Counted from the first letter of the stretch, positions 38,692-49,850 are shown. The stretch: 64,000 nt of DNA from Trueperaceae bacterium (GCA_965213925.1 OZ243927.1:4480001-4544000); one strand, 5' to 3'. The notes: a model not told the origin generated them from the letters alone. A program made the numbers and translations.

Positions 38692-39321
38692 ATGAGAATC
38701 GCAGTGTTAGGCACAGGTAACGTCGGTAAGAGGTTGGGCCTACTTATGTATCAGCAAGGGCATGAGGTGCGCTACGGCTCACGTGATCCGAGCGGGCGCT
38801 CAGGTGATTTGCTCCATGACGACGCACAGGTCGCAGGCTACGTTGAGGCTATCCGTAATGCAGAGGTTGTTTTCGTGGCGACACCGTGGGCTGAAAACGT
38901 AACCCTTAATATCCTCGCTTCGCTCGAGTCAACCGAGAGCCAAATCTATATCGACTGCACGAACCCACTCGCGCCCGACTATATGTCCAACCTGATCGGG
39001 CACACGACTTCTGCCGGGGAGCAGGTCGTTGAAGCGGTCCTACCCGCCAAAACGGTCAAGGCGTTCAACACTATCTTCGCCAATGTGATGGTGCTGGGTC
39101 AGCAGCAGTTTGGCGGTGTGAAGGGGACCGAGTTTTACTGTGGAGATGAAAAAGCCGCTAAGGAGGTGGTGAGGCAGCTCATCGACCAAGCGGGCTTCGA
39201 CCCCGTCGATGCCGGACCGATGCGCAACGCGCGCTACTTAGAAGCGACGGCGCAGCTCAACATCCAGATCGCGTTCGGTATGGGCGGCGGCACCGATGCG
39301 GCGTTTAGGTACTGGACTTGA
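38692..39321 (+). CDS. NADPH-dependent F420-reductase-like oxidoreductase
   Basis: GTGNVG, GSRDP, IDCTNP, VKAFNTIF and GFDPVDAG; divergent from the HxlR gene. Confidence 0.85.
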   Translation: MRIAVLGTGNVGKRLGLLMYQQGHEVRYGSRDPSGRSGDLLHDDAQVAGYVEAIRNAEVVFVATPWAENVTLNILASLESTESQIYIDCTNPLAPDYMSNLIGHTTSAGEQVVEAVLPAKTVKAFNTIFANVMVLGQQQFGGVKGTEFYCGDEKAAKEVVRQLIDQAGFDPVDAGPMRNARYLEATAQLNIQIAFGMGGGTDAAFRYWT

Positions 39322-39332
39322 GTAGGTCTAAC

Positions 39333-41059
39333 GGCTCTTCCAACGAGTGCGTGGTTAGAAAGGGCTTGTTCTCAGCGCTTAGAACGCTCAGCCTAGAGCA
39401 TGAACTGTTTTGGGTTATTTCCAGGTTGTGAAGTCGGTAGAGTCGAACATTCAGAAACGGGGCTGACGCTTTTCCTTCACGCGTGCAAGCGAAGCTCATA
39501 TTGCCCGAGCTGTGCCCTAGGTTCGAAGCGAGTCCACAGTTACCACACGCGCTCCATCAGGGACACGGCGCTCAGCGAAAGGGCTGTTCATCTGCGTTTC
39601 AGGGTACGCCGCTTCTACTGTCTAAACGTGGGCTGCCAGCGGCGCACGTTTACAGAGAGGTTGAAGTTGTTTGCGCCTCACGCGAGGCGCACCTTTCGGC
39701 TCATCAACCTGCAAACTACGGTGGGGACGTTTCTCGGTGGTGAAGCTGGCTCGCGTCTGCTCGGGAGACTGCAGATGCCTCTATGCGGGGCTGCCTTGTT
39801 GCAGAGCATCCGCACACAAATGGCGGAGCATAACCCCACCCCGCGCGTCTTAGGCGTGGACGACTGGGCGATCAAAAAGGGGCGCAGCTACGGCACGGTC
39901 CTCGTCGATCTCGAGAAACATAAGGTCGTGGACTTGCTCTCTGAGTGCAGCGCGGCGGCGCTCGAGCTATGGCTTAGGAATAGCCCAGGCGTTGAAATCA
40001 TTGTGCGGGACAGGTCTTATGATTACATGATGGGAGCTAATGCAGGTGCACCAGAGGCAACTCAGGTTGCCGATCGCTGGCACCTGCTCCACAACCTTCA
40101 GGAGATGCTCGAGCGGTGGCTTGCCACCGTGTACGCAATCTTGCGGCACCTACCGGTTGCGCCCGAACTTCAGCCTGAGGTCGAAACGCTCATGTCGCGG
40201 CGACACCGCACCTCTAGACCGACTCGGGCAGCCAAAGAAGCAGGTGAGGTTAACCGTGCTAAACGTTTAGCGCGCTTCAATAAGGTGAAAACGCTCTATA
40301 CATCAGGAATGTCGCTGCTAACGATTAGTAAAAAGCTCGGAATGGACCGGAAAACGGTGCGGGCTTACGCCTACGCCGAGAGCTTCCCTGAAAGAGCACC
40401 TTTCCCCTACGTCCCCAATGTGCTCACGCCTTACCTCGACTACTTGGAGAAACGCCACGCTGAGGGATGCGAGAACGCCTCACAGCTCTACAGGGAGATT
40501 TACGCCCAAGGCTACCGGAGCACGAAGTGGCATGTCCTATGGTGGATGCAGCCGAGACGCCGTACCCCTTCGGAGCACACCCCCAATAAAAAGAGGAAAC
40601 CTTCGGGCGACAAGCACACGAATAAACCCGTCGCCAAACTCGCGTTGCCTTCAGCGCCGCAACTTTCATGGCTGATGGTGCGCGATGGGGATACACTTAA
40701 AGATGAGGAAGCGCTCGTCCTCAAGCACCTCTCACAGCACCAAGCGTTCCTCTTCATGCGTGAGCACGCCAAAGCGTTTCAGAAGATGATCTGCCAGCGT
40801 GAGGCAGATGAATTCGATGCCTGGCTGGAGACTTCCCTTAGAAGTGGCGTTCTGCAGCTAAAGACGTTCGCCGAGGGACTCAAACGCGACTACGCTGAGG
40901 TAAGAGCCGCCCTAGAACTGCCCTGGAGTAATGGACAGACGGAAGGTCAGGTCAACAAGCTCAAATTGATTAAGCGGCAGATGTATGGGCGGGCGAACTT
41001 CGATCTACTACGCCAGAGGGTGCTACTCGCTGCCTGACCACGCACTCGTTGGAAGAGCC
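39333..41059 (+). mobile_element. ISL3-family insertion sequence
   Basis: 23-bp perfect terminal repeat GGCTCTTCCAACGAGTGCGTGGT; no flanking target duplication seen. Confidence 0.92.
39400..41037 (+). CDS. ISL3-family transposase
   Basis: CPSC zinc finger, LGVDDWA, VADRWHL and WSNGQTEGQVNKLKLIKRQMYGRA. Confidence 0.93.
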   Translation: MNCFGLFPGCEVGRVEHSETGLTLFLHACKRSSYCPSCALGSKRVHSYHTRSIRDTALSERAVHLRFRVRRFYCLNVGCQRRTFTERLKLFAPHARRTFRLINLQTTVGTFLGGEAGSRLLGRLQMPLCGAALLQSIRTQMAEHNPTPRVLGVDDWAIKKGRSYGTVLVDLEKHKVVDLLSECSAAALELWLRNSPGVEIIVRDRSYDYMMGANAGAPEATQVADRWHLLHNLQEMLERWLATVYAILRHLPVAPELQPEVETLMSRRHRTSRPTRAAKEAGEVNRAKRLARFNKVKTLYTSGMSLLTISKKLGMDRKTVRAYAYAESFPERAPFPYVPNVLTPYLDYLEKRHAEGCENASQLYREIYAQGYRSTKWHVLWWMQPRRRTPSEHTPNKKRKPSGDKHTNKPVAKLALPSAPQLSWLMVRDGDTLKDEEALVLKHLSQHQAFLFMREHAKAFQKMICQREADEFDAWLETSLRSGVLQLKTFAEGLKRDYAEVRAALELPWSNGQTEGQVNKLKLIKRQMYGRANFDLLRQRVLLAA

Positions 41060-41304
41060 TCAACCCTTACCAACTCCATACAAGCCAATTACTGCGTGTA
41101 AACGGGCCTTTCGCAACCTAAAGCCTTCTGCGTGAGTTGCGCGCGTTTCTTGCACAAAGGCTTACCGTAGTTGGAACGAAGCGCTCTAAGAAGAGACGAT
41201 TGTCGTAGAAGTGTTCAAGCCTCGCCTGGCGGACTTCCTACGCCCTCGCTGAGCTACGAAGATAGTGTAAGAGAATCGTTCAGCGCATCCGACAGGAGAC
41301 GTCT

Positions 41305-41502
41305 GTGAAGCTATCTGGCAACACCGTTCACATCACCGGCGGCAGTTCCGGCATCGGTCTCGCCTTCGTGGGAGGCTGGACCGCCGACCATCACGCTGGA
41401 GAAGTTTGCGAAGGATGCGCTCCGAGCGCTGGAGAAGGGCCGGTCGGAGGTCCGGGTCGGGGTGCTCAACTGCTCTACGTGTTGAACCGGCTCGCCTCCT
41501 AA
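41305..41502 (+). pseudogene. Internally deleted short-chain dehydrogenase remnant
   Basis: MKLSGNTVHITGGSSGIGLAF after an AGGAG RBS, then the homology is lost. Confidence 0.6.
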
Positions 41503-41823
41503 CAACTTAATGTGTGCCTTGGTTAAAGGTTCCTTCGGCTCCTACTAATTTACGGTTGCGCACAGTCTCGTTGACCGATAGCGGATAATACGGATTCCGG
41601 GTGAATCCACTACAAAATGCATTCGCACCCCTGCGTTACTCACCGGAATCCGTAGCGGTTTCTACTCGCTCAGGAGTCTTCAGCCAAAGGTATGCATCTT
41701 CACATCTACGCGCGTTGTCGTTAAGCTTGCCAGCAGCGGCTGAAGGCTCTTCCTCGGGATTAAACACGCTACTTCGTAGCATGTTCAACCGGAAAAGGTA
41801 TAACTTGTCTCGAGGAGGTGCCC

Positions 41824-42765
41824 ATGCGCGCCATGCGCCTACACCAATTTGGAGACCCCGACGTCCTGCGGCTCGACGAGGTCGCCCTTCCAGAGCCCAA
41901 AGGCGATGAGCTGCTGGTGCGCGTCCACGCCACCAGCCTCAACTATGCCGAACTCGGGCTTCGTCGAGGGGAGATGAAAGCTCTAAGCTTTTGGCGGCTG
42001 CCCCTCACCCTCGGCTTCGACCTCGCCGGCGAAGTAGTGGCCTGCGGCCCCAAGGCGACCGCCTTCTTGCCGGGCGACAGGGTCTACGGCGCTATCGGTC
42101 ACCAGGGGGGTGCTAACGCCGACTACGCCTGCGTCAAGCAGTCACGGGTAACGCTCGCCCCCGCCTCGCTCGCTCTCGATAAACTCGCCACCGTGCCGGT
42201 GGCCGGGCTGACTGCCCTCCAAGCCTTGAGAGACCGAGCGAACCTCCAGACGGGCCAGCGGGTGCTCATTAACGGGGCCTCGGGCGGGGTCGGCGCGTTC
42301 GCAGTGCAGCTCGCCAAGAGGTTTGGCGGCACCGTCACCGGCGTCTGTAGCGGGGCCAAGCGCGACTTCGTCGAGAGCCTCGGTGCGGACGAGATTATCG
42401 ACTATCAAAAGGAGGACTTCTCCGAAAGGTCCGAGCGCTGGGACGTCGTCTTTGACGCCGCTGGCAAGCGCGAGTTCGCTGAACTCCAGAGGGTATTGAG
42501 CGACGAGGGTAGAGCGGTCAGCACCCGCTTGAGTCCAAGGGGGGCGCTTAACGCCGTTACCTCGAGACTAGGGGCCGCGCCGCGCTACCACTTTATCCCA
42601 GCCAGAGAGCGCAGCTACGACCTCGCTTTCCTCGCCCGCCTCATCGAAAGAGGGGAGCTGCGGGTGCCCTTAGACCAAACATTCAGGCTCGAGGACTTGC
42701 CCGAGGCCCACCGCTATATGGAGGCTGGGGAGGTGCGCGGCAAGGTGGTGGTGAAGGTGGCGTGA
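41824..42765 (+). CDS. NAD(P)-dependent MDR oxidoreductase (zinc-independent, quinone-reductase-like)
   Basis: GFDLAG, INGASGGVG, IIDY and RGKVVV. Confidence 0.88.
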   Translation: MRAMRLHQFGDPDVLRLDEVALPEPKGDELLVRVHATSLNYAELGLRRGEMKALSFWRLPLTLGFDLAGEVVACGPKATAFLPGDRVYGAIGHQGGANADYACVKQSRVTLAPASLALDKLATVPVAGLTALQALRDRANLQTGQRVLINGASGGVGAFAVQLAKRFGGTVTGVCSGAKRDFVESLGADEIIDYQKEDFSERSERWDVVFDAAGKREFAELQRVLSDEGRAVSTRLSPRGALNAVTSRLGAAPRYHFIPARERSYDLAFLARLIERGELRVPLDQTFRLEDLPEAHRYMEAGEVRGKVVVKVA

Positions 42766-43664
42766 GAAGAGACCTTTGAGGTGATACACCCTCATCCTCT
42801 TTGCACAAACGTCTGGCATTGGTCCGTTAGCTAAGCTGACCCTTGTTGAGTGCGAAGCCCTAGGTCTATCAATGGGCGAGGCTTCCGAAATTTAAGGTCC
42901 TCCAAACTAACCACCGCATGAGCGCAATTGGTGCATCCGGTTAATCTCGCGTACGCTTCGGAAGTGGCTTTCCGTATTGCCAACGCTAACTACTAAGAAA
43001 ACATCTTGCGGACTTACAAGATGATCCACAACGCGTATAATGCGCGTGTCTGGCGCACAACACAAAATAACCACTTGAGTGTCAAAGCCGTATTGTAGCG
43101 CCGCCGTGGAGGTGCGGCGGCTTATCAGCCTTCACTTCGCGCAGCCGTCGATCACCGTACGCACTGTGAACGCCACCATCTCCGGGGCGCTTTTCGCATG
43201 AGCTTGGAGCAGCTCGAGGCGTAGAAGTGCCTCGAGCGTCGCCTGCACCGTGTCACCAGGTCGGTATGCGGGCATTGTCGTCATAGATGTTGCCTCGGCA
43301 GCACCGCCCGATGGCGGGGCGGGCACTGCTACAGAAGCAGCAGACGACGTAGGTAAATTGTGAGGTGGCCTCGCGAAGGGATCATCGGTCGGCGTTGCAA
43401 CTTGAATCTGAGCGGAGGGTGCGTCGCCCGAGCTATAGACGCGCAAGCTCTCAGATGACCTCTGCCCGGACATCGCCTCGGCTTGCTGCCCGGCGGCGCT
43501 GCTGGTATCCGCGTCGGCAGCACCACCAACACCTTGCGAGCGGCTGTAAACACTCAGACTCGAGGGCGCAGCTTCATTAGCACGCCCATACGCCTGCATT
43601 CCTTGCAGTTCGTTGACAGGAGGCGCGGGCTCAGCGGGAGAACCCGTCGAGACAGCCGAGTTCG

Positions 43665-44094
43665 CATAGGTATCAAGAAGCGTCAGGGAAAACGGCTCGT
43701 CGAAGTGACAGTTGAACTGGCGCACGGTAGTCGTAAGCGTCTCGAGCGAGAACTGCAACGCTTGGGCTACAACCAGCCCAACACCAGCGCTGTCGAACGG
43801 AAAAACGGCACAGCCAGGCGCATGGACGCTTTTTGTGTGCGCAAATCGTTAGCCTTTGCCCGCCGACCTGAATCTCGTGATGCCATCGGCGCTTGGGCTA
43901 TGACTGTCTACAACTGGGGGCGTGCCAACCGCTCACTTAGAAAGCTGTTACCCCAACCGCAAGGCAAAAAGCTCTATGAGAAGCGCTCGCCTGCGATGGC
44001 GGCTGGCTTGACCGATTTCCTTCGGTCGGTTAAAGACATCCTTCGCTATCAACCTTTTCCGCCAAAGCCAGTGAGATAATCTCGTGGCACCACC
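43665..44094 (+). pseudogene. IS1-superfamily transposase C-terminal fragment with right end
   Basis: NTSAVERKNGTAR..RKSLAFA..YNW..SPAMAAGLTD; ends GGCACCACC at 44094. Confidence 0.72.
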
Positions 44095-44262
44095 TAACTT
44101 CGCCCTTTCTCGTGATGATCTCGGGTACTTCGCCCAGCACCTCGGCGTCATAGCTCGGCTTATATAGCAGTTCACATAAGCACTGAGCTTGAATCACGCA
44201 AGTATCATTTCCAAACGTGCGCGCTAGACTGCGTTCCCTCTTCTCGGATTGGCTCAAACCAA

Positions 44263-44646
44263 ATGATACTTGCTATATTCAATGTGCTCTGCGTAGGTGT
44301 CGGTTGGTTGCCCTCGTATGAGCAACGCTCTCCGAGTTCAGTTATAGGCGACCTAGATATTCCTAATCTACCGGAGTGGTTCAAAGATTCAGTCGCGTAT
44401 TGGCCAGGTTTCGCGGATAAGTTGAAGGAAACGGAGCGCACTACAGTAGGATTTACAGAACTTGTGTGGCAGTTCGCCTATACATTAGGTTTGACGAAAA
44501 GCATGGTAGGCAACACTGATAAGCTCTTACGTGACTACACCGACTACCGAGGGCGCTATCAGCGCCACCTTTTCCCTCGTGCTCGCGACATTTTGGAGTC
44601 CGCCTTTAACCTCGCACTTACGCTTAGACTGCAATCCTCATGCTAA
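44263..44646 (+). CDS. Hypothetical protein or fragment
   Basis: 127-aa ORF in a lower-GC stretch; no recognised motif. Confidence 0.3.
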   Translation: MILAIFNVLCVGVGWLPSYEQRSPSSVIGDLDIPNLPEWFKDSVAYWPGFADKLKETERTTVGFTELVWQFAYTLGLTKSMVGNTDKLLRDYTDYRGRYQRHLFPRARDILESAFNLALTLRLQSSC

Positions 44647-45043
44647 GCGCTTCGAAAGACGCTATCAGCATAGAACGCCTGCTACAGTAGGGCGTACGCA
44701 TGTACGCCAATTCTTTGAAAGAAGTCGCTATGAACCTTTCGAAATGAAAACAGAGTTCGCTCGAAGAGGGTATAAAGCCGAATTCTGTCCCTTGAAAAGC
44801 TACATATCGAATGCGAATAGGACGTCATAAATCTACACGCGTAAGCCCTGCTGCTACAGTAGCAGGCTTGACCGATACTGTCTGGTCAACCGAACGCCTA
44901 CTTCACACTGTCCCTATTCCTGACAACTCTTGACTGGAAGACTACCTATTTAACGTCTTCACTAAAATAAACAGGGCAAAGAGGATGTTGGATGACTCTG
45001 ACGCCTTGCCCTATAAGCATCGTCTCTCTTGATGCGTTCCATT

Positions 45044-45787
45044 TTAACTTCGAGCGACGCTCTGCGGTGCCAAAGTCAAACGCCCAACGATGGCCTCGTC
45101 CTGTACCGTAATCCCGTCTTGCAACACCACTTGCCGCTGTGCCAATAGGGCAACGCGAGGGTCGTGTGTGACCATAACGATAGACATGGTTTCCTCCTCG
45201 TGTAGCCGGAGCAAGATGTCTAGTACCGCGTCTCCCGCTTCGGTGTTTAGATTGCCCGTGGGCTCGTCGGCTAGCAGCAAGGTGGGGCTATTGACGAGGG
45301 CTCGAGCAATCGCCACCCGCTGTTGTTGCCCTCCGGAGAGCTGGCTCGGCATGTGCTTGACCCGGTCACTTAGTCCAACTTTCTCGAGCATCATCTTAGC
45401 TCGTTCGGTGCGCTTTTTGCCCCCGACCTTGGCGTAAACCAGCGGCTGCTCTACATTTTCTAGTGCGGTCATGTCGGACAACAGGTTGTAAGCCTGAAAC
45501 ACGAAGCCAAAGTGCCGGTTGCGGATACGTGAGAGTTCTTTGTCTGGTAAGCGAGTGATGTCGTGCCCTTCTAGTTTGTAGCTTCCCGAGGTTGGCGTGT
45601 CCAAACAGCCCAGCAAGTGTAACAAGGTCGATTTGCCCGAACCCGACTGCCCTACGACGCTCACGAACTCGCCACGCTTCATAGCGAAATCTACCCCGTC
45701 CAGCGCCGGAACGTCTACATTACCCATGTTGTAGACCTTGTAGATATTTTTAAGGTCGATCATCTTTGTTTGTGCAGGGTCATTCAT
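45044..45787 (-). CDS. MacB/LolD-type ABC ATP-binding protein
   Basis: GQSGSGKST, GFVFQAYNL, LSGGQQQRVAIARAL and ADEPTGNL; AGGAGG RBS. Confidence 0.93.
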   Translation of the reverse strand: MNDPAQTKMIDLKNIYKVYNMGNVDVPALDGVDFAMKRGEFVSVVGQSGSGKSTLLHLLGCLDTPTSGSYKLEGHDITRLPDKELSRIRNRHFGFVFQAYNLLSDMTALENVEQPLVYAKVGGKKRTERAKMMLEKVGLSDRVKHMPSQLSGGQQQRVAIARALVNSPTLLLADEPTGNLNTEAGDAVLDILLRLHEEETMSIVMVTHDPRVALLAQRQVVLQDGITVQDEAIVGRLTLAPQSVARS

Positions 45788-46097
45788 GGTTTTTCCTCCT
45801 AAGTCTTTGTAGGTTGAAAGCCGCACTGAAAAACCCTGAACTTTCAGCCTCTATAGCAGGTATCATCTGGTTTGAGCCAATCTGAGAAGGTAAAGCATAG
45901 TCTAGCACGCACTTTCAGTGATGATGCCTGCGCCATTTCGAATCAGTATTTCTGATGATCGCTATAACTGTTTATAGTGCGTTTCATGCTTATTGACAGT
46001 AAACCGGTTGCGTTTATTTCTACTCGCGCTTCGTTCTCACCGTCGTTCGGAACCGCTCGGCTGATATTGGCAGCTGCTAAGACCGGCGAAACGCTCT

Positions 46098-47396
46098 TTA
46101 GTTGATGGCTCCCTCACTCGCCAGTTCTATCTCCGCCTTATCCTTAAACGCCTCATACGAGCTGCTTACGATGGTGTCGCCCGCTCTAAGCCCTTCTTTG
46201 ACCTCAATGGCGTTGCCATCAACGACGCCGAAGATGACGTTCGTGCGCGTCGCCGTGTCGCCGCTGATCAGGTAAACAAAGCGTTCGCCGCCGGTACTCA
46301 AGTAAGCGCCTCTAGGCAGGTTGAGTGCATCTTCCTTGCGGTCGGCTTCGATGTCAGCGTTCGCACTCGCGCCGATGCGGATGTCCCGGGGTGGGCTGTC
46401 GAAACTCAAGCTCACCGACACGACGGGACCGTTTTGACCCGCTTCGGCGTTCGGGGAGACCTGTACGACACTGCCCTTGTAGTCGGTGGTGCCGACGCGG
46501 AGGTTGGCGCTCTGCCCCACGCTGACGCGCCCCGCTTGCGCTTCGGGAACGGTGACGACGACGCGCACGTCCTGGCTGCTGGCGACGCTCGCGAGGAGCG
46601 CTTGGGCGCTCACCGCCTGTCCCACGGTTGCGCTGAGCTTCATGACGCGCCCCGCCACCGGCGCTGTCAACTCGAGCCCCGCCTCCTGCTCCTGCAAATT
46701 AGCCAGTTTGGTCTGTGCCTGCTCGAGCCTGAGCTGGGCTTCCTGAGTGGCGAGGTCGTTCGTCGTCACGGCGTCTCGCTGGGCTAAGGCTTTGCTTTCA
46801 ACGTCTTCTCTCGTCTGTTCAACCTTTAAGCGGGCGGTATCTAGCTCGTTTTTTGAGACTGCGCCCGCGCCAAAGAGCCTTTGGGCGGTAGTGAGTTCAG
46901 CTTCTGCCTGAGCGAGCGAGGTTTGAAGGCGTTTTTGCTCCAGCGACAGCCCCCTCGCACTCGCGCCGTCCTCAACGGCTAACTTGTCCAGCGCCAACCG
47001 TGCGGCTTGCACCTCTTTCTCGGCGTCCGCCGCGTCCTGCCCCAAACTCTGCGAACTCAAGCGCCCGAGGGTTGCCCCCTCCGAGACCTCATCCCCCTCA
47101 GCCACGAGCCACTCGGCGAGGGTGCCTTCGACCGGCGCGAGGACGCTGCGCTCGAGTTTGGGCACGACGCTGCCGGTAGCGCGTACATAGTCTATAAGCG
47201 TGCCGCTCGCGACTGTAGCGGTTTCAAAACTGCGCAGGGTGTACGTATCGCTGCGCGGGCGCAGCAGGAAAAAGGGCACGGTGAGCAGGGCGAGCAGAAC
47301 AGCGCCGACGAAGACCCACAGCGCCCCGTTGGTACGGCGCTTTTCACCCTTGGGGCGGGCGCGGGTTTGGACGATGGGTTCGTGTCGGTCAGTCAT
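46098..47396 (-). CDS. MacA/HlyD-type periplasmic adaptor subunit
   Basis: N-terminal TM, lipoyl half-motifs (APVEG..VAEGDEV, APVAGRV), long coiled coil and GLRAGDTIV. Confidence 0.9.
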   Translation of the reverse strand: MTDRHEPIVQTRARPKGEKRRTNGALWVFVGAVLLALLTVPFFLLRPRSDTYTLRSFETATVASGTLIDYVRATGSVVPKLERSVLAPVEGTLAEWLVAEGDEVSEGATLGRLSSQSLGQDAADAEKEVQAARLALDKLAVEDGASARGLSLEQKRLQTSLAQAEAELTTAQRLFGAGAVSKNELDTARLKVEQTREDVESKALAQRDAVTTNDLATQEAQLRLEQAQTKLANLQEQEAGLELTAPVAGRVMKLSATVGQAVSAQALLASVASSQDVRVVVTVPEAQAGRVSVGQSANLRVGTTDYKGSVVQVSPNAEAGQNGPVVSVSLSFDSPPRDIRIGASANADIEADRKEDALNLPRGAYLSTGGERFVYLISGDTATRTNVIFGVVDGNAIEVKEGLRAGDTIVSSSYEAFKDKAEIELASEGAIN

Positions 47397-47409
47397 GGAT
47401 AACCGTCAT

Positions 47410-48648
47410 TTACGCCTTTCTCTGCAACGCTTCTACAGGGTTGAGTCTGGTAAGCGTTAAGGCAGGAAGAAAGCCCAGCAAGACGCCTAGCAAAACGGTT
47501 GTCAGCGTCACAAGCAGAGCTGCTAGAGGGTGCCAGTTGAACTGTAAACCGAAAGAAAAGGTTTCCCCCAGCGGTCCTTGTAAAAGCGTGACCAGCAGCG
47601 CCGCCAAGAGTGCGCCCGCCGCCGCACCCATAAACGCCAGGGACGCCGCGCCGACGGAAATCTCCTTACAGATATCAAGCCTACTCGCGCCGAGGGCGCG
47701 TTTCAAACCGATGTCGTGACCTCGCTCGAGCAGGTCGATGAGCGTGGTCGAAAACAGACCGATTGACCCGATGATGAGCGATACAACACCGAACATCGCT
47801 AGGATAATCAAGTTGGGGTTAAAGGGCGCTGCCGCGTTTTGAAAGTCTGCCACCTTGCTGATGAAAAAATCTCTTCCCGCTTCAGCCTCCTGGATCATGT
47901 CATCATCCTGGTAGTGCTGCCGAGCCGCCGCTAAAAGCTGCGCCTGGGCAACGTCGCCCCGCCCCTTTTTCGCCTTGACCAATACCTGATACGACCAAAC
48001 ACCAGAAAAACTTTCCGGTGCCCAAATAGGGTAATAGATGGCTGGGGTCGTGTACAACACGTTCGTCGTCTCGGCAAAGGTGCCGACGACCCGGTAGGGC
48101 ACGGGGTCTTCGTTTACAAACTCCTGAGCGTAAAAGTTGTGAGAGGGCGTTTTGAGAATCGTTTTGCCGATAGGGTCAGCGTCACCAAAGATTTGCTGAG
48201 CTGAGGCGTCGGATAGAAGGACTACAGCTTCCTGCGCCCTTTCATCCGCTTCGCTAAAGGCGTACCCTCTCGTCATGTGTACAGGCGATAGCGCAAAATA
48301 GTTGAGGTCGACGGTAGCGGTGGCGTCCGTATTGAACGCGAAGCGCCTGCCCTCGTAGACAACGTTCGCAACGTTCCAGCCGGTCTGGTATATCGCTATG
48401 TCCGCCACGTCAGGCGCGAGGTTTTTCAAATCCTGAAAATCATTTGACTCGAACACACCGTAGAGGCTAGCGCCGTCTTCATCCCTAAACCCTGCATTCA
48501 GAAAGAAAGTATCGTCGCTCCCGGTATCCTGCGCAGAGAAATAAGGGGAGAGTGCCAGCATCATCGCTAGGCTACCCAATAGAATCTGCAAAAAGGTAAG
48601 AAAAAGCCGGAGCGGTCTGCGCCTTAGATTAAGCAGTAGGGTTCTCAC
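47410..48648 (-). CDS. MacB/FtsX-type ABC permease, type B copy 3
   Basis: QILLGSLAMMLALS, IGLKRALGA and PVEAL. Confidence 0.88.
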   Translation of the reverse strand: MRTLLLNLRRRPLRLFLTFLQILLGSLAMMLALSPYFSAQDTGSDDTFFLNAGFRDEDGASLYGVFESNDFQDLKNLAPDVADIAIYQTGWNVANVVYEGRRFAFNTDATATVDLNYFALSPVHMTRGYAFSEADERAQEAVVLLSDASAQQIFGDADPIGKTILKTPSHNFYAQEFVNEDPVPYRVVGTFAETTNVLYTTPAIYYPIWAPESFSGVWSYQVLVKAKKGRGDVAQAQLLAAARQHYQDDDMIQEAEAGRDFFISKVADFQNAAAPFNPNLIILAMFGVVSLIIGSIGLFSTTLIDLLERGHDIGLKRALGASRLDICKEISVGAASLAFMGAAAGALLAALLVTLLQGPLGETFSFGLQFNWHPLAALLVTLTTVLLGVLLGFLPALTLTRLNPVEALQRKA

Positions 48649-48656
48649 GCGCTACC

Positions 48657-49850
48657 TCACAGCTCCAAGGACTCGGTAACGTTCAAACGGGAGGCGAGCA
48701 GCGCGGGGTAAACCGAGAAGATCACACTTATACAGAGGGCTGAAACGAAACCGACTACCAGGGGTAGCAGTGAAGGCGAATCAGCAATTAGGATAGCTTG
48801 CTGGCCGGCAGCGGTCACGTAGGTGTCGAAGACGATGAGTAGCCCGTAGCCCAGCAGCACCCCGGTAGCGCCTCCTATCAAGCCCAGCACCAGGGCGTCC
48901 ACAAGGTATTGGTTTCTAATCACCCTGCGGGTTGCCCCTAGCGTTCTCAGGATGCCGGTGTCCCGTCTGTTTCTGAAGACCCGCGCCAGCAACAAATTCA
49001 TGATGTTCAGCGCCGCGCTCATCAATCCGATAGAGGCGAGCGAGGCGATCAGCAGGCGGGTGGAACGCTGCCCCGCAGCGTACCTTTTCAGGTCCTGGGA
49101 GCGCACGCTCACACGGTCGCCCCAGGTTCTAGCGGCAAACGCCTGCAACTGTGCGCGCGCTTCGTCAACATCGGCAACGTCCTCAACAACAAAGGTGAGA
49201 GGACCCATCGCGTTGTAGAGGTCAGAACGAAAGGGAATAAGGATATCCGAGTTTGCGTTTTCGCTCGCTGCCATCACGCCGATAATCTCAACGTTGAAGT
49301 CTCCCCACGTATCGGTAACGTGTTCGCCTACCGGGTCAGATACTCCCATGAGCTTGACGAGTCTGGGCGAAACCAGGGCAATGTTGCGCTGCTCAGCGTA
49401 GTCACTGTCGGTGAAGCTCGAGCCCTCCGACACCGTTATGTCGTTGACCACCAGGTAGTCCTTGCTGACGGAAAGGATAGCCACGCCGTCTTTGGAAAGA
49501 TGACTCGTGTCCACGCCGACAGGTGAGGTTATGTAGGCGTACGCTACCTTGGGCGCACTGTCTCGCGCCCTTTCCATATCAGCTTCGGTAAGCGTTATGG
49601 GCTCGTCGCCTAAGCGCCCCACCTCGTGGATAAGGCTTCCATCTTCTTCAGCAGCGTTAGAAAGGTCGTCTTCCCTGGTCTGCACCGTAAGCTCCCTAGC
49701 CCATAGCGAGGTCGTGAGCGCGGTTTGCGCCTGCCTATTCACGTCGATAAACGCCGCGATAGCGGTTACAGCAGCAACCCCTAGCGCGAGCGCGAGCAGG
49801 GTGAGCGCGGACTGGAGGGGGCTCGAGGTTAAGCGCCGTAATTCCGTCAT
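48657..49850 (-). CDS. MacB/FtsX-type ABC permease, type A copy 3
   Basis: PLQS..ALGVAAVTA, TWGDRV and GILRTLGAT; ATG at 49850 overlaps the upstream stop. Confidence 0.88.
   Translation of the reverse strand: MTELRRLTSSPLQSALTLLALALGVAAVTAIAAFIDVNRQAQTALTTSLWARELTVQTREDDLSNAAEEDGSLIHEVGRLGDEPITLTEADMERARDSAPKVAYAYITSPVGVDTSHLSKDGVAILSVSKDYLVVNDITVSEGSSFTDSDYAEQRNIALVSPRLVKLMGVSDPVGEHVTDTWGDFNVEIIGVMAASENANSDILIPFRSDLYNAMGPLTFVVEDVADVDEARAQLQAFAARTWGDRVSVRSQDLKRYAAGQRSTRLLIASLASIGLMSAALNIMNLLLARVFRNRRDTGILRTLGATRRVIRNQYLVDALVLGLIGGATGVLLGYGLLIVFDTYVTAAGQQAILIADSPSLLPLVVGFVSALCISVIFSVYPALLASRLNVTESLEL

Noticed and set aside
39325..41067. Target-site duplication around the ISL3
   Set aside because: The flanks ggtctaac and tcaaccct do not match.
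41060..41270. Cupin-like fragment (EETIVVEVFKPRLADFL)
   Set aside because: Too short and broken to support a call.
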